A stretch of DNA of 64,000 nucleotides. Source: Chrysomallon squamiferum. Taxonomy: Eukaryota; Animalia; Mollusca. The position numbers and the translations under genes were made by a program. The stretch lies in NCBI GenBank assembly GCA_012295275.1, contig CM022671.1, forward strand, positions 13,702,001-13,766,000. The letters run 5' to 3'. The notes under the pieces are model-generated. The model was not told the origin of the DNA and ran no database searches. It saw only the letters and a list, made by a program, of their open reading frames with translations. Shown in pieces: positions 52,001 to 64,000 of the stretch; the stretch's first letter is position 1, and every line of letters starts with the position of its first letter.

Positions 52001-54410
52001 TTACTTTTCATTTCAGTATACACAGTTTATTACCATGTTTTGGTAACAGTAATAATTTTCAGTATATTTATGAAAAGATTTTTTGTTTAATATATTTTTG
52101 CTGACCTTCTCCTTATTTATTCTTATCAGAATTGTATTTGTTAATTATTTCCTTTAGCATCTTATTGCATTTGGGAAGACAAGATTAGATGGAAATGTAA
52201 TTTTCTAATAGAATACATTATTATTCAACTGATCTGAAAAACATTAATTTAACAATTTTACTCTGGTATCACTCAACATTCCAAATCTGGTACTTAATAT
52301 TAATCCCTCAACACACTGTTTCCAATCAAACCTTTCATTAATATCAGCAATACCTGAAAGGAAAAATCTCTTAAAAATCAGTATTATTACCAAAATAAAT
52401 TGATTTTTTTTTTTTTTTTTTTTAAATTCACACACTTCAGTGATAATAATTACATTTGAATATTTTAAATGATAGCTGTAAGGCAGTGTTTAAGTATGGA
52501 CACCACATTACCTTTATTCTAAGTATAGTATTTTAACACTATCAATATTTTAAATATCATTTGACAGCAGAGTTTACATCAAGTTGGCCATTTCGTTATT
52601 CGCTGATGCATTGTTTGCAATAGCATTGTTATGATGTCATTTCTGTTTGTGTTTTTTTTCTAATTTTAATGTTCACATGAAATAAGTGCTAAAAAAAATT
52701 CTGTCTGTTTATCTGAAAATCAATCTGTGTGTGTGTGTGTGAGAGAGAGAGTGTGTAAATATATACTGTGTTTCATAAGCAGCAGTGAATTGTCTAATAT
52801 TATTATTTTTAGTTAATATTATTATTATTATTTTTATTGTTGTAATCATCACTATGGCAACAAAATGTGTGAACAGTGATAGAATTATCTGCAAGTCAGT
52901 GGTTGGTGGAAGCAGTGTATATATAATTCAGAGAAGAAAAAGAAAGAAAAAATACTGTTTATGAAAATGTATAAAAGATTGAGATGCAAAGCAAAATGCA
53001 TGGAGTTTTTTTTAATGATTTTTATTATTTATTTATGTATTTATTTATATGTCTTGTTTTTAACTACTAGTAAGAGTAATTTTAAAATGATAAGTAATGT
53101 CTAACAATAAGGTGAATTGTAAATGTTTTGTTTATTCTTCTTATTATTATTATTGTTTTTGTGATGTTCTTTGTGTTATTTTTAGTTTATTTTTTCTTCT
53201 TTCTTTCTTTTATTAGTTTTATAACTGTTGTATAAAAAAGATTATATATCAGCTGCCAACTTAAAATGCTAAAATTTTCTAAATTTTTTAATAAACAAGA
53301 TTTTCAAAAACTGGAAAGCTATTGATATTATGATAATATTATTTTCCTTCCATAGTATTATTATTAACACTACATATGAAGATGGCATAAACTTTACCAC
53401 AAGCTTCTATCATCACTGACTTTTATCATATTTTATTTAGGTAAAAATTTTATGTTATAGAGTAAAATATTTTTAATGTGTTTAGTGTTGCTTTTATCTG
53501 TGTTCACATGTTAAAACTTTGGCATAATTTGTGCATTATAAATTTCAGGGATAATGAATGCAAATCCAATACTTTGTGCTACATAGTACTTTGTGCTAAC
53601 CAGATAACTTATAGCACACAGCACTGCATTATGCGTGGTACATTCTGCTACTTGGCTGTTTTGTAGCACCTGGCTATTGTGCTACTTGACTGCTTGGTAG
53701 CATTGTTACTTGTACTATACAGTAATATTGCTACTTAACTGTTTTGTGGCTTACTGTTCACCATGCTACCTGTTTTCTAGTGCACTGTGCTATTTTACTA
53801 GCACATTTTGTAGCATACAAGATTGTGCTTCTCTACTGTTTGTAGCACATGATACTTTGCTTCATGTACACAGTGCTACCTGAACTTTCTGCAGTACACA
53901 GTACTTTGTGGCACTTAGCATTCTTTCGTTGCCTTTATCTTTGTTGCTGCAGTGAATCAAGCTGTTTGCCTAGAATATAAACTGAAGACAAAAAGTTGAC
54001 AAAAAGTTTTAAAATTATTTTCATTTTATCTTTTTTTATTTATTTTGTTTTATGTTGAATTTGCTGATAATGTTTTTAAATTAAAACTATTTTTTTTTTT
54101 TTTTTTTTTTCTCCCAGCCAGAAGTGACTAATATGAAATAGGCCTTTACACTGATTTTCATTTTTCAGTATTGGAAATTATTTACAAAAAAATAAAACAA
54201 AGATAAACACCTCAGGAAATAAATGTTTTGTGCTCAAAATATGAGAATAGTAAATTGATGTCCATTTAACACACATTAATTGAAGAATGTAGTGGATTTA
54301 GTTTCTTTCACTCTCTTTTTTTCTTTTTTTCCAGCTTTCTTTCCATGTATTATTGTACTTTGTGGAAAATGATAATGAAAACGAATAAAAATTATTTAAC
54401 AAAATTTCAA
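49089..54410 (+). other. Putative long 3'UTR (about 5 kb)
   Basis: No coding signal; CpG depletion continues; AATAAA at 54384-54389 followed by a U-rich tract. End point uncertain because other AATAAA hexamers exist. Confidence 0.35.
53575..53920. repeat. Degenerate array of palindromic units GTGCTAC-n11-GTAGCAC
   Basis: About 9 units read by eye; see findings. Confidence 0.75.
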
Positions 54411-56014
54411 AAGTTTTCTTTTTTTAAATCTTCTTCATTTTCTTGCTTTACATAGTGAAATCTTTTTTATTCCATTATTTGTTGAAAATAAAAATCTGGA
54501 CTCCTTTTATTTATAAATTGATCATTAAATACCTTTTTAAATACTCGAAACACTGCTTATGAAGTTTCCTTAATAAGATAATAAACTGTATTTCTGTAAA
54601 ATACCTCATGAACTTTAATATATAATATGATTCAGATCTTTTCTCAAAACAATTTTAAATATTTAATGATCCTGGTGGCTATTATTTTGGACAAAGAACA
54701 GATTTTTTTAAATCCTCTTCATAATTTGACTTAACATATAAGTCTGTTTCAAAGAGTATTTTTTTTTACATAATATATACACATATATAATTATATATAA
54801 TTTATAAATGATACTATATAAAACAAGCTGAAGGAAATTAATTACTTGAAACTAGATGACAATTGGAACTGCTTTTAAGGAAGGTTTTTCTTCTTCTTTG
54901 TAATCTTTTTTTGTTGGTTTTTATATTTCTTTTTTTTTCTTCTATTTCTTCTTCTTATTATTATTTAACTATTTTTATTATTATTATTTTTTAATAATAA
55001 TCATGAAAGGTGTTGATGATTATAAAATTATGCAGTGCAAGTACACTAAATTAAAATGTGTTCTATTTTATCTGATTATTTTCTGGTTGAAGATAGTGAA
55101 ACTTGTGTAGTTAAATAATGATGAGTGTAGAGTACTGTATGCTGCTTTGTTTTAGGACTCCAATTTTCTGTGAGAGAATATATAAACTAAGTAAACTGAA
55201 ATAAAGGGGTAACTGCCCTCTGTTTCACAGTTTTCGTTCCTTCTTTTACTTGTTATGTATTTATAGAGTGGTGTGAATGATCATTTTCAAGCAGAAGGGG
55301 CCATTATATTTTACTTAGTTTTTTGGAATTTTATTTTATTTTTTGTCTTCTGTTATTTTATTTTATTTTTTATTATTTTTAAAAATTTATTTACTATATT
55401 TTTATTTTATTTACATATTTTTACACACACTCACAGTAGCACATGCAAACACACCTCTGACATTGATTCACTGCTTATACATCAAAGGGCACTGGTTTTA
55501 CATGAACTGTGTGTAGAAAAATACAGAATTATAACAAGTGAATATGGCAGATACCAGTTCACCACAGTTCATCCACTGGACTACATTGCCATTTATGTTT
55601 ATATCTTACAGGTTGTTTGTTCTACATTCCAGTGTAAATGATGAGAAGGTTTCAGTAAAATGTGCTAAGGTGTTCATAATTTCTCTTTGTCTTTTTTAGG
55701 GGTCTTTTTTTTGGTCTTTTTTATATATATATTTTTTTTGTATAACTTGCCTTAACCTGATAAACATCAAATGGTTGCATGACCTTGTGATCAGAAATGG
55801 GTGAAGAAAAGAACAATGATTATATAATTATTATTACTTTATGCCTGAGTTAACAAAGATATCTATGAAAGTATTATTATATGGTTACAGTGTATGATAA
55901 CAGCATGTATGGATGAATCTTCATGACAACTTAACACGTTTTTATATTAACATTTATTTTGTGTTGAATCATGCACATCTTTACCGACAAAACAAGAAAG
56001 GAGGAAATCTGCTG

Positions 56015-56450
56015 ACAATGAATTACTCTCACTTAACAGCAGCTGAACAGAATGTGCCATTGTTTCCATCATCCAGAAAAATCGGAGCAGCACAAAAAAG
56101 ATTTTAAGAAACAAATAGCAATAGACATATTAACAAGAATGAACCAGAACTTTAATCACATTCATCTCCACTGATTAAATTAGAGACACATATAAAACAG
56201 CAAAGATGACTTCAGCAGGAACAAATTACACAATATAGAATCAAGCAGTTTAATATTCAAACAAATAAAGAGAAAACATACATGAGCCATACAAGATGAA
56301 CAGAACTGGTTGTTCAGGATTTATAGAGGATTTTAAGAATAAGCATGATTTGTTAGCAGCTGTCTACAGACTTGAGAAGATCAGAGTTTTTTGATAAATC
56401 TCTTATAGACACTGCAGTGGAAGGAGAGATTACCCAAGAAGCGCACTAAG
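56015..56450 (+). mobile_element. Possible highly decayed RTE-type LINE fragment
   Basis: A-rich strand; the peptide TAAEQ..SRKIGAAQKRF loosely resembles the post-RT region of RTE LINEs. Many stops. Confidence 0.25.
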
Positions 56451-59400
56451 AAGGATTGATCATGTGACTTACCACTAGCGTTCTAATCACTGAGCAATTT
56501 GCAAAATGTAATTCTTGATTGGGATGTTATTTTACATGTTAAGTAGTAGTGGGATAGATAGACCTTAAGTATTTTTGTTCAGGGTGCAGCTGGCTATTGT
56601 CTTAAGATATCAGCTTGATCTCACTCAGGTCTGTTTTCAACACTCACCATCGATAAAGCTAGTATCTTAAAAGGGTAACTAATTATTTCTTTTATCCTGC
56701 AATCCTAAATAATAATAATAATAATAGCAATGATGTTGATGATAATAACAAGGTCATTATCATAACAATGAGAAGAAAGAATAAGAACAATATTTTTATT
56801 GTTAATTACCACTAGCATTCATAGTTCCAGAATCTTTTTAAAATATAAATAAATATTATTTTCCAATTTGATTTTAATAACAATATTTTTTGTGATAGAG
56901 ATGCTGAGCTAGCCCTTTGGTTAGCATGTCTATTGGGTTTGGTGTAACAGCATTTCAAAATGTGAAAACTCATTCAAAAAATTAATAGTTTGACAAGCTT
57001 TGGAATTACAGAACAAAAGTACAAACCAGTCACAGAAGTCACAGTATTGACAAATAATCAAATAATTAAAGGACAGATACAAAAATCTGTGAATGCTGTC
57101 TAGTGATATCTCGATAAGAGACTTAGAAATAAAACTTCAGTAAGTCAGTTAAACCTTTGTCTTTGAATTTTTGTATAAACACTAAATAAGATTTAAGTAA
57201 CAAGAAAGAGAGTTCCTGTGCTACAATTAAAATAATAATTGTGTGCAGTAGACTTCAATATTTCTATTTATATCTGGATCATAGATGTTTCTTCAAAGAT
57301 ACCAACAGCACTAACAAATTAAAAAGCTGATTCCTTAGCTATGAAACAAGAGAAAATATGGAAAATAACTTCACTATTCTTTTTCAAAATTATTATAAAA
57401 ACAAGATATAATAAATAATAAATTTGTTTAATTACATGCATGGTTTGTTTTAAATAAGAACATACATATGATAAAAATCATTGTTCCTAACAAAAGGTTG
57501 TACAAAATTAATATGTCATCTGTCATCAATTAAACGTAAATTTCATAAAAAATGATGGAATTAACATGTAATATTTATATCACACCCATGACAGTTTTAT
57601 CTTTTATCATTACAAGTTACTGATTAAAAAGCATAATATCAGGATTATTATATAAAATGTGCAATGTAACATGCCAATCTCCTGGATTGTTCCTTAACAT
57701 TTCTCTGTTATTCAGTGTCACATTTTCCTTTGGCACTGTGCAATAATGGACACTAACATATTGTATTCAACTGAATTTTAACGATAGATATGCTTGCATC
57801 ATTTCTTACAGCTATTATTGAAGCAGAAGCGAAGCCAAGTATTAAACATTAAAAAGATTTTAAAAAATAGAAAAGAAAAAAGAAAAAAAATCATTTTAAT
57901 TTTAAACGTAAAATGAAAACAAAACGAAGCCAGGTGTAAAATGTATGACGTAACTACAACAGCCTGGAGCTTTCGACTAGGCTTCGTTACTACAATATAT
58001 TTATATCTTTGTAACTTACAAAACATCATTTGATAAAATTTAATACGTTTTAAATTACACCTGCAGACAGTCGTAGATCAGTTCTCGTTACAGGACGCAG
58101 TGGATTAGTTCAATTTCACCTTTCTCACTTTAGCTATCTAGTAAAAATTTTTTTAAATTTTTTTCTGTCCTTCTTTACCTCCGTGTCTATCTAGTCACTC
58201 TTATTATTCTGCCCATCTTTACCTTTCTATCTGGTCGTTATTATTTTTTCCTCAGTCAGATTTTATACCTAATTATCTAATTAACAATCATTATCTGTTT
58301 GTCGTCGTTATTATTAAAATATGCGCGTCATAAAATCAAACAAAATTAACTTATAATTACGATATAGGTAAATCAAGCGAATGAAATTTGAAATGTATGA
58401 CGTAATGACACTGTCAGACGCAGGTAAATAATAAAGCCAAGTACGAATAATTTCACCCAGAGTTGTGGATCCTGAACGAGATCTTCAGTCACAGAAACAC
58501 ATTCTATTCTATGCGGTACAACGTAGTCAAAGTAAGATCAAATTAACAAAATATACCTTTTCTTTCTCAAAATATTAGCACTGATTAGAATAAGCACTGA
58601 CTGATATTTAATTCCTGACTCTTCAATGCGCTCAAAAAGAGTTCGAATAATGTATATATTTTAATACACATTTTCTTTCTTAAAATATTCTACCGTGATT
58701 TCCTTCTCTTCTGTTCGATCAAAAAGAATTCTAATGATTTTATTTTCTTAAATACATAATTTCTTTCTTAAAATACTTTTAAAATATGGATGCTGCGTTC
58801 ATCAATTCTGCTTCTAGATGAGAATGAATAAAGTTCAAATCATCAAAAACTTTTTTTTTTTTTTTTATAAATATTCCTAGTATATATATTGTACTTTATA
58901 AAATATATACACAATTATTTATATACGTACCTACTATCTTGTATATATGTAAATAAAATTGTTATTTTAAATTATTAACTTATTAGCCAAGAATTTCAAC
59001 AAATATTTGATTTATTTGTTGTTGTTGTTACTGGCAGATCTTTTTATTTATTACTGTTTTCGTTAAACTACCCGTATCTCTAAATAGAACCGATTTGATT
59101 TTTTTTACGTGTTGGCATCGAAGCTCCAAACTAATTAAGGTTAAATGGTTTCACATATACGAAACCCGATTTACAGATCAATGGATTTCGTTATTTGATA
59201 TCAGGACGAGTATCACTAGGACATTAAACAGATTTGTTTTTATTTACAAGGATTTATTTAGATAACTATAGTTCAGTATTATAGAAAATATTCATTGATA
59301 ATTCATGGTAATTATACATATTTAAGAGACGCAGTCGGTATTAAGTATACAATCACAGATCAGAGATAGTTTGTTGACTGAAAGGAGGATTTAGGTTTGT

Positions 59401-59619
59401 ACGTAGACACGGATTGTCGATGCTAGAGTCGGGCAAAAAAGAAATAGAACAAAGATAAAGCTTTTAGAACTTGTGAACGTATCAAATCTAGCAGATGAAA
59501 TTTTAGAAAAATAAGGTTAATAGGTTTTATATATTTATTTACTGTGTTACAGTTACCCACTTCTCGTGTCTAACGTGTTTTCTAAAATAAGTCAGGTGTG
59601 CAGTTTAGAATAACATACG

Positions 59620-59830
59620 TCTGTTCAAACAACACGTGGCGTTTGGGTGTGATCGGTCAGTGGCGTTAGTAACCGAACTAAGAACGGTCACCACACGGCT
59701 ATTTACAGCGGTATCTCGCACCACTGGTCAGCAGCATGCAGTCAGGTGACCAGTAATTATTTGTTGTTTATATGTAAAACGGACGTCGGGAGAGAAAATA
59801 TCGGTTAACCTTTGCTTGTGTAGCGACTTC
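59620..59830. promoter_or_regulatory. CpG-rich promoter-like island
   Basis: High GC/CpG, E-box CACGTG 59633-38, several GGTCA/TGACC half-sites; associated gene not identified. Confidence 0.35.
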
Positions 59831-60148
59831 TAGTATGTGTACGTAAACAAAGTGTAAACCGGTTAATTTCATTGTTTATTTTAAACATGCCTCAAAGTGA
59901 TTTGTGTGAATGATACATTATATTAAAGTCAAACCTTTTGGGGTAAAGGAAAATCAAATGTGTGTAAGTGGAACAGGATATCGCTAATTCGTTGTAAACC
60001 ATATATATCTTCGATTTATAATTTATTACTTTTGAAACAAAAAGAAATCAGTTCATAAAATCCAGAAATATCTGTCATTTATATTTTAAATTAATGACTT
60101 TAAAAATAAAATATTCGATAGTAAATTAAATTAAATTAATCTATCTAC

Positions 60149-60226
<78 letters not shown>
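60149..60226. repeat. (AAT)n-(ATT)n head-to-head microsatellite
   Basis: Orientation switches at 60201/60202, giving a perfect palindrome of about 50 bp. Confidence 0.95.
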
Positions 60227-60229
<3 letters not shown>

Positions 60230-60420
60230 TTCATTTATTTAAATATTTATTTATTAAATCGTTTAAGCTTTTATGTCGTATATAGTATGTATTTAACCAT
60301 ATACAAATAAAGGTGTATATAAATGAATCATTGCTGCTAACTGAACAAAAGAAAAGATCGAGCACGTTTTTTTTTTTTTAGCGGAAGTGGAATCCGACTT
60401 TGTCGATAATAATACTAATA

Positions 60421-60469
<49 letters not shown>

Positions 60470-62123
60470 TTATTTTAACTGTAATGTGTGACGGTTACTA
60501 CTTTTGATTTAAAAATATATCGAGTGTGCCAAATAAAACATTTCAACCTTCCAGCCCAGGGTTGATCCAGATCTGCAAAATCTACGTATCTTATTCTTCA
60601 TAACGTAAAGCATTCCTTGATATAAGTAAATGCTTTCGAACCAATCTCTGCCTAAAAGTAGAAATTCTTTCGTGGTGTATGTTGCAGAAAGCGGTCAAAT
60701 TTTGCAGAGAACAACGACAACAACAACAACGGGAAAAAGCGATAAACAAGCAAAACGGTGACACTGATAAAGCTATATCGCTGTCTGTGCATGCGAAAGA
60801 GATTTTGCTTGCCAGATCGCGCGATGTAGGCAAAAAATCGTTATAACTGTCATTGGCCGACCTGACCATGTTAAAAGCATGGTCATTATATCCGCATGAA
60901 CTTTGGAACTAACTGCATTGGTCTCGACTATTTTTAAGTAAACAACTAAGTAGGAAAAAATATGCGGCAGTTGCTATTTTTCGGTCGCATAATTACAGTT
61001 GCACTGTACTATGCAGTGTATCACGGTACATTATAAATTGTTGTATTTTATTTTTGACATTACCGTTAGTGAATTTTAATTAGTTTTATAATTGATTTTA
61101 ATTATGGAAAGAAAATAAAATTAATTGGTGAAAGTTAAAAATGATTTTTCGTGATACTGAAAACTATAACCTTTCGATAAGTAGATTTCGAAATCTGTGA
61201 TTTTGAGAGTAATTATTTTTATGTTGACCTGGTTTTTATGATTCTTTCTGAAAGAAAAATTAAATTTTTATATTGGATGTCGAGAAACAGTAAAATTTTG
61301 TCGTAACAGTAAACTTTTAATTTTTAATTTTTGTGACTTTGCAAACGCAATCTGATTTTCGTATTGTTAAATAATATAAATACGAAACTATTTATTTTCT
61401 GATATAAGAATTGTTTTTGTTGAAAATTATCTGTTATTTTCCATTTTTGATAATTTTACTTATTAAAACGAAACCGTGTTAATGTTAACAGTAATGTTAA
61501 CGATTCGCACAGTTATTATTAAGAAAAGGCTAGAAGTCAAATAATAATAACAGTAATTTTTATTTATTATATTTATTTATTTATTTTTAGCAGCCATTTA
61601 AAAAAAGAAAGAGAAAAGAAAAGAAAGAACGAAAATAAAAAAGAAAGGAAAACCCGCATTATTATTACACAAATAAGTACATATTTTAAGTAGATCAATG
61701 TTTTCTAGTGCATGCATGTACCATTAAGATCGTAGTAAATCATTTGTTCTTCTGACCTAGTGCACGTGCGACACGTGTGAAAATGAATCAATTAAAACAC
61801 ACTTCGAAATGGTAAACAACTGTTACAATATTATATGTAATCATATTATGTTGCCAGTTAAAATTAAACTAAATATTTCTTAAAATTTGAATAACTGTCA
61901 CATTCCTAAATCGATTTTGCATGACTGTCTCGATTCTGGATAAGAAAAAGAAGTTCGTGATTAACTCGTGTCTACGGAAATGCATATCGCCATGTACAAA
62001 AGTGTTTTCTTTCACTTCTAAATATATCTGGTAAACGCAAAGAAAGAAACAATTTTCGCTAGGAAAAAAAGAAACAGGAAAAAAGAAATATTCTCATATG
62101 TGAATTTCTCTGTATCATTTAGG

Positions 62124-63070
62124 TTATAAGCACTTGGTAATACGAATGTTGTGTCCGACTTCAACCAAAAACTCGGGAATGTACTTGAAACGTTTGACAC
62201 GGTCCTGGCACAAGCATTTGAGTCTCCACTGGAGGCGAATATGACACTTGTTCTTGCGCTTCTTCAGGGGTTGCCAACTGCATCCTGTTGAAGAACAGTG
62301 GATTCTTCACGCTGGAACCACTGGATAACTTTCCAAGCAGAAGGATGATGATGGCCAAACATGCTGAAAAACTTATTGTTCCACCCTTCACAAATGTTGT
62401 TCGTTCTGTGGTCTCATGCATATTCCATAGAGAAGGTTGAAAGAGTGGTGGTGTGCGGCGAAGTCGGAGGTTTGTGGAGTCATCTTGGGATCCCATCATC
62501 CGGAAGCTCCCACTCACATAATTCTTGTCAAAGTAGTCGACAAGTTCGGAAGCTTCTGGTGGTGCGTTGTCCTTCAGGTGAGCCATACCTTCGGGGACTT
62601 CATCAGCAAGTAGATATGCAAGACCATCCATCTTGCCCCATAACATACGAAAGTCCTCATTGTCCCTTTAGTGATTGATGAGTCCAAGCTGCTGGACCTT
62701 CTGCCACGTGTTTTGCGTAAGGTGGTAGAAACAACCCTTACTCTGCACGTCCCTGCCAAATACACCTGCTACTGGTCGAAGTACACCGTCCTCAAAGTCA
62801 GTGATCACAGTCCGAACGTCCATCTCAAACCCGTACTCCTCACACTTGTCCACAACTGCTTGAAACAGTCAATCGTACACAGAACGGGACTTGTTCTGCA
62901 GCTGCGCGTAAACACGTTATTCCAATGTCGCGGAAAGGAACACGAAGCACATAAACCTGGGATAACTGAGCTGGAGCCATGAAGAAGTTGCCATCCATGA
63001 AGATGTACTAAAGACGATGATCCTGCTAATAGTCTCGGGTCCATTGTCCTAGATTAGGAACGGCTCTGGA
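62124..63070 (-). mobile_element. Decayed Mutator-like (MULE) DDE transposase pseudogene
   Basis: Stitched frames: FLI*DNGPETISRIIVFST / IFMDGNFFMAP..QVYVLR / TVITDFE..GCFYHLTQ (CxxH) ..LGLINH*RDNEDFR.. / RTNNICEGWNNKF..HHPSAW / LCQDR..PEFL..VGHNIR. Premature stops and frameshifts; higher GC than host sequence. Confidence 0.92.
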
Positions 63071-63956
63071 TAAAATCTAAGGATACGATAAAGGGATAGA
63101 TCTGAGGACATAAAGAGAAGGGATTATCCTTTGAATGGGTCAATTAGAGAATGGCTTCTTAAATGGCTTCTTAAAATGATATTTGAGACATTTAAAGAAC
63201 ACACTGGATAGGTCAAAGACTCAATGACAATTAAAACTCAACTGGGTAAGTTAATTGGGAAACTGACTTATGTTAGATAAGTTGAGATATAGATTGACAT
63301 AGTGTTTATGGTGAAACATGGATTATCGATTGGGGAATGATAATTAATGGGTGAAAGAGGTGCATATTTATGATGGAATATTTAAGAAGCATTAAAAATA
63401 TTAGTTTGGCATAAAAAAAAAATGTTTAATATCTTTAACATATTTAAAATAGGAATTTTATGTGCATGTGATATGACTGCTCTGAGATAAATTTGCGATG
63501 TACAAAGTTTCAAACCTTCGGCTTCTGAATCGCTTTATAGCAGACTAATAAATATTCTACAGTTAAATTTATTCCCACTGAAAGATAATTATTACTATAG
63601 GTGATTCAGCCGCAGATCTCTTTAAAGAACGGTTGAGATGAATACTTTAAAAAAGAAAATTAAAAAATAGTAAAGGAGGAAAGAAATAATAATAATAATA
63701 ATTAAAGGAAAAGGACACAAAGGAATGAATGAAAATGTTAGAAAAGAAAGGAAGATGTTAAAATAAAAATACAACTACTGCTTCGAGCAGTTTGCTTATC
63801 AAGTCATCGGGTTCTTTTGTTTTTGTTTTTTGGGGCTTCTTTGTTTACTTAGCCTTTCTAAAAGGAGGAACTAATATATACATATTGTAAATTACATTCT
63901 GATGGAATCGTTTTAATGATATACTTCAAAAATAAAAATATCCATGTTATTTTCAG

Positions 63957-64000
63957 ATTTGCAATACGCAGAAAGGCGATGCAGTGTCTGAAGGGCATTC
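63957..64000 (+). other. Possible exon of a downstream gene (runs off the window)
   Basis: ttattttcag acceptor followed by GC-richer sequence open in two frames; too short to identify. Confidence 0.25.

Noticed and set aside
49983-52761. Pumilio elements (TGTAHATA at 49983, 51638, 52754) and K-box-like TGTGAT in the 3'UTR
   Set aside because: Expected by chance at this AT content; similar words are frequent in the introns.
53575-53920. Stem-loop array as iron-responsive elements or CRISPR
   Set aside because: Loops are about 11 nt and lack the CAGUGN hexaloop with C-bulge; linkers are too short and irregular for spacers.
60591-60869. 92-aa minus-strand ORF
   Set aside because: No recognisable domain; lies in CpG-rich sequence where chance ORFs are longer.
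62361-62982. Plus-strand ORFs of 105 and 103 aa
   Set aside because: Antisense shadows of the MULE transposase.
63071-63400. Possible retroelement fragment next to the MULE
   Set aside because: Purine-rich with a 12-bp tandem duplication, but no convincing RT or endonuclease motif could be read.

Overview
This is AT-rich animal genomic DNA, most likely from a lophotrochozoan or mollusc (inference). It is dominated by one + strand NR1-subfamily nuclear receptor gene with 10 coding exons between 20470 and 49088, about 734 aa; all GT-AG junctions and phases were checked by hand. The protein has an E75/Rev-erb-like DNA-binding domain (DBD) and a ROR/HR3-like ligand-binding domain (LBD) with an intact AF-2 helix. 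About 20 kb of upstream sequence and a 20.2-kb intron between DBD and hinge carry small GC/CpG-richer islands containing nuclear-receptor response elements (DR4, DR2, RORE, FTZ-F1/ERR-type), CCAAT boxes, a D-box and an E-box. The leading hypothesis is an internal TATA promoter and mini-exon at about 44.35-44.41 kb producing a DBD-less isoform that starts with an LxxLL motif, resembling SHP/DAX-1 architecture. Also present: a 38-bp hairpin at 605-686, 80-bp and 50/30-bp minisatellites, an array of about 9 related stem-loops in the putative long 3'UTR, a sharp CpG-depleted to CpG-rich transition near 57.6-57.8 kb, and a decayed Mutator (MULE) transposase on the - strand. Most short ORFs in the supplied track are spurious.
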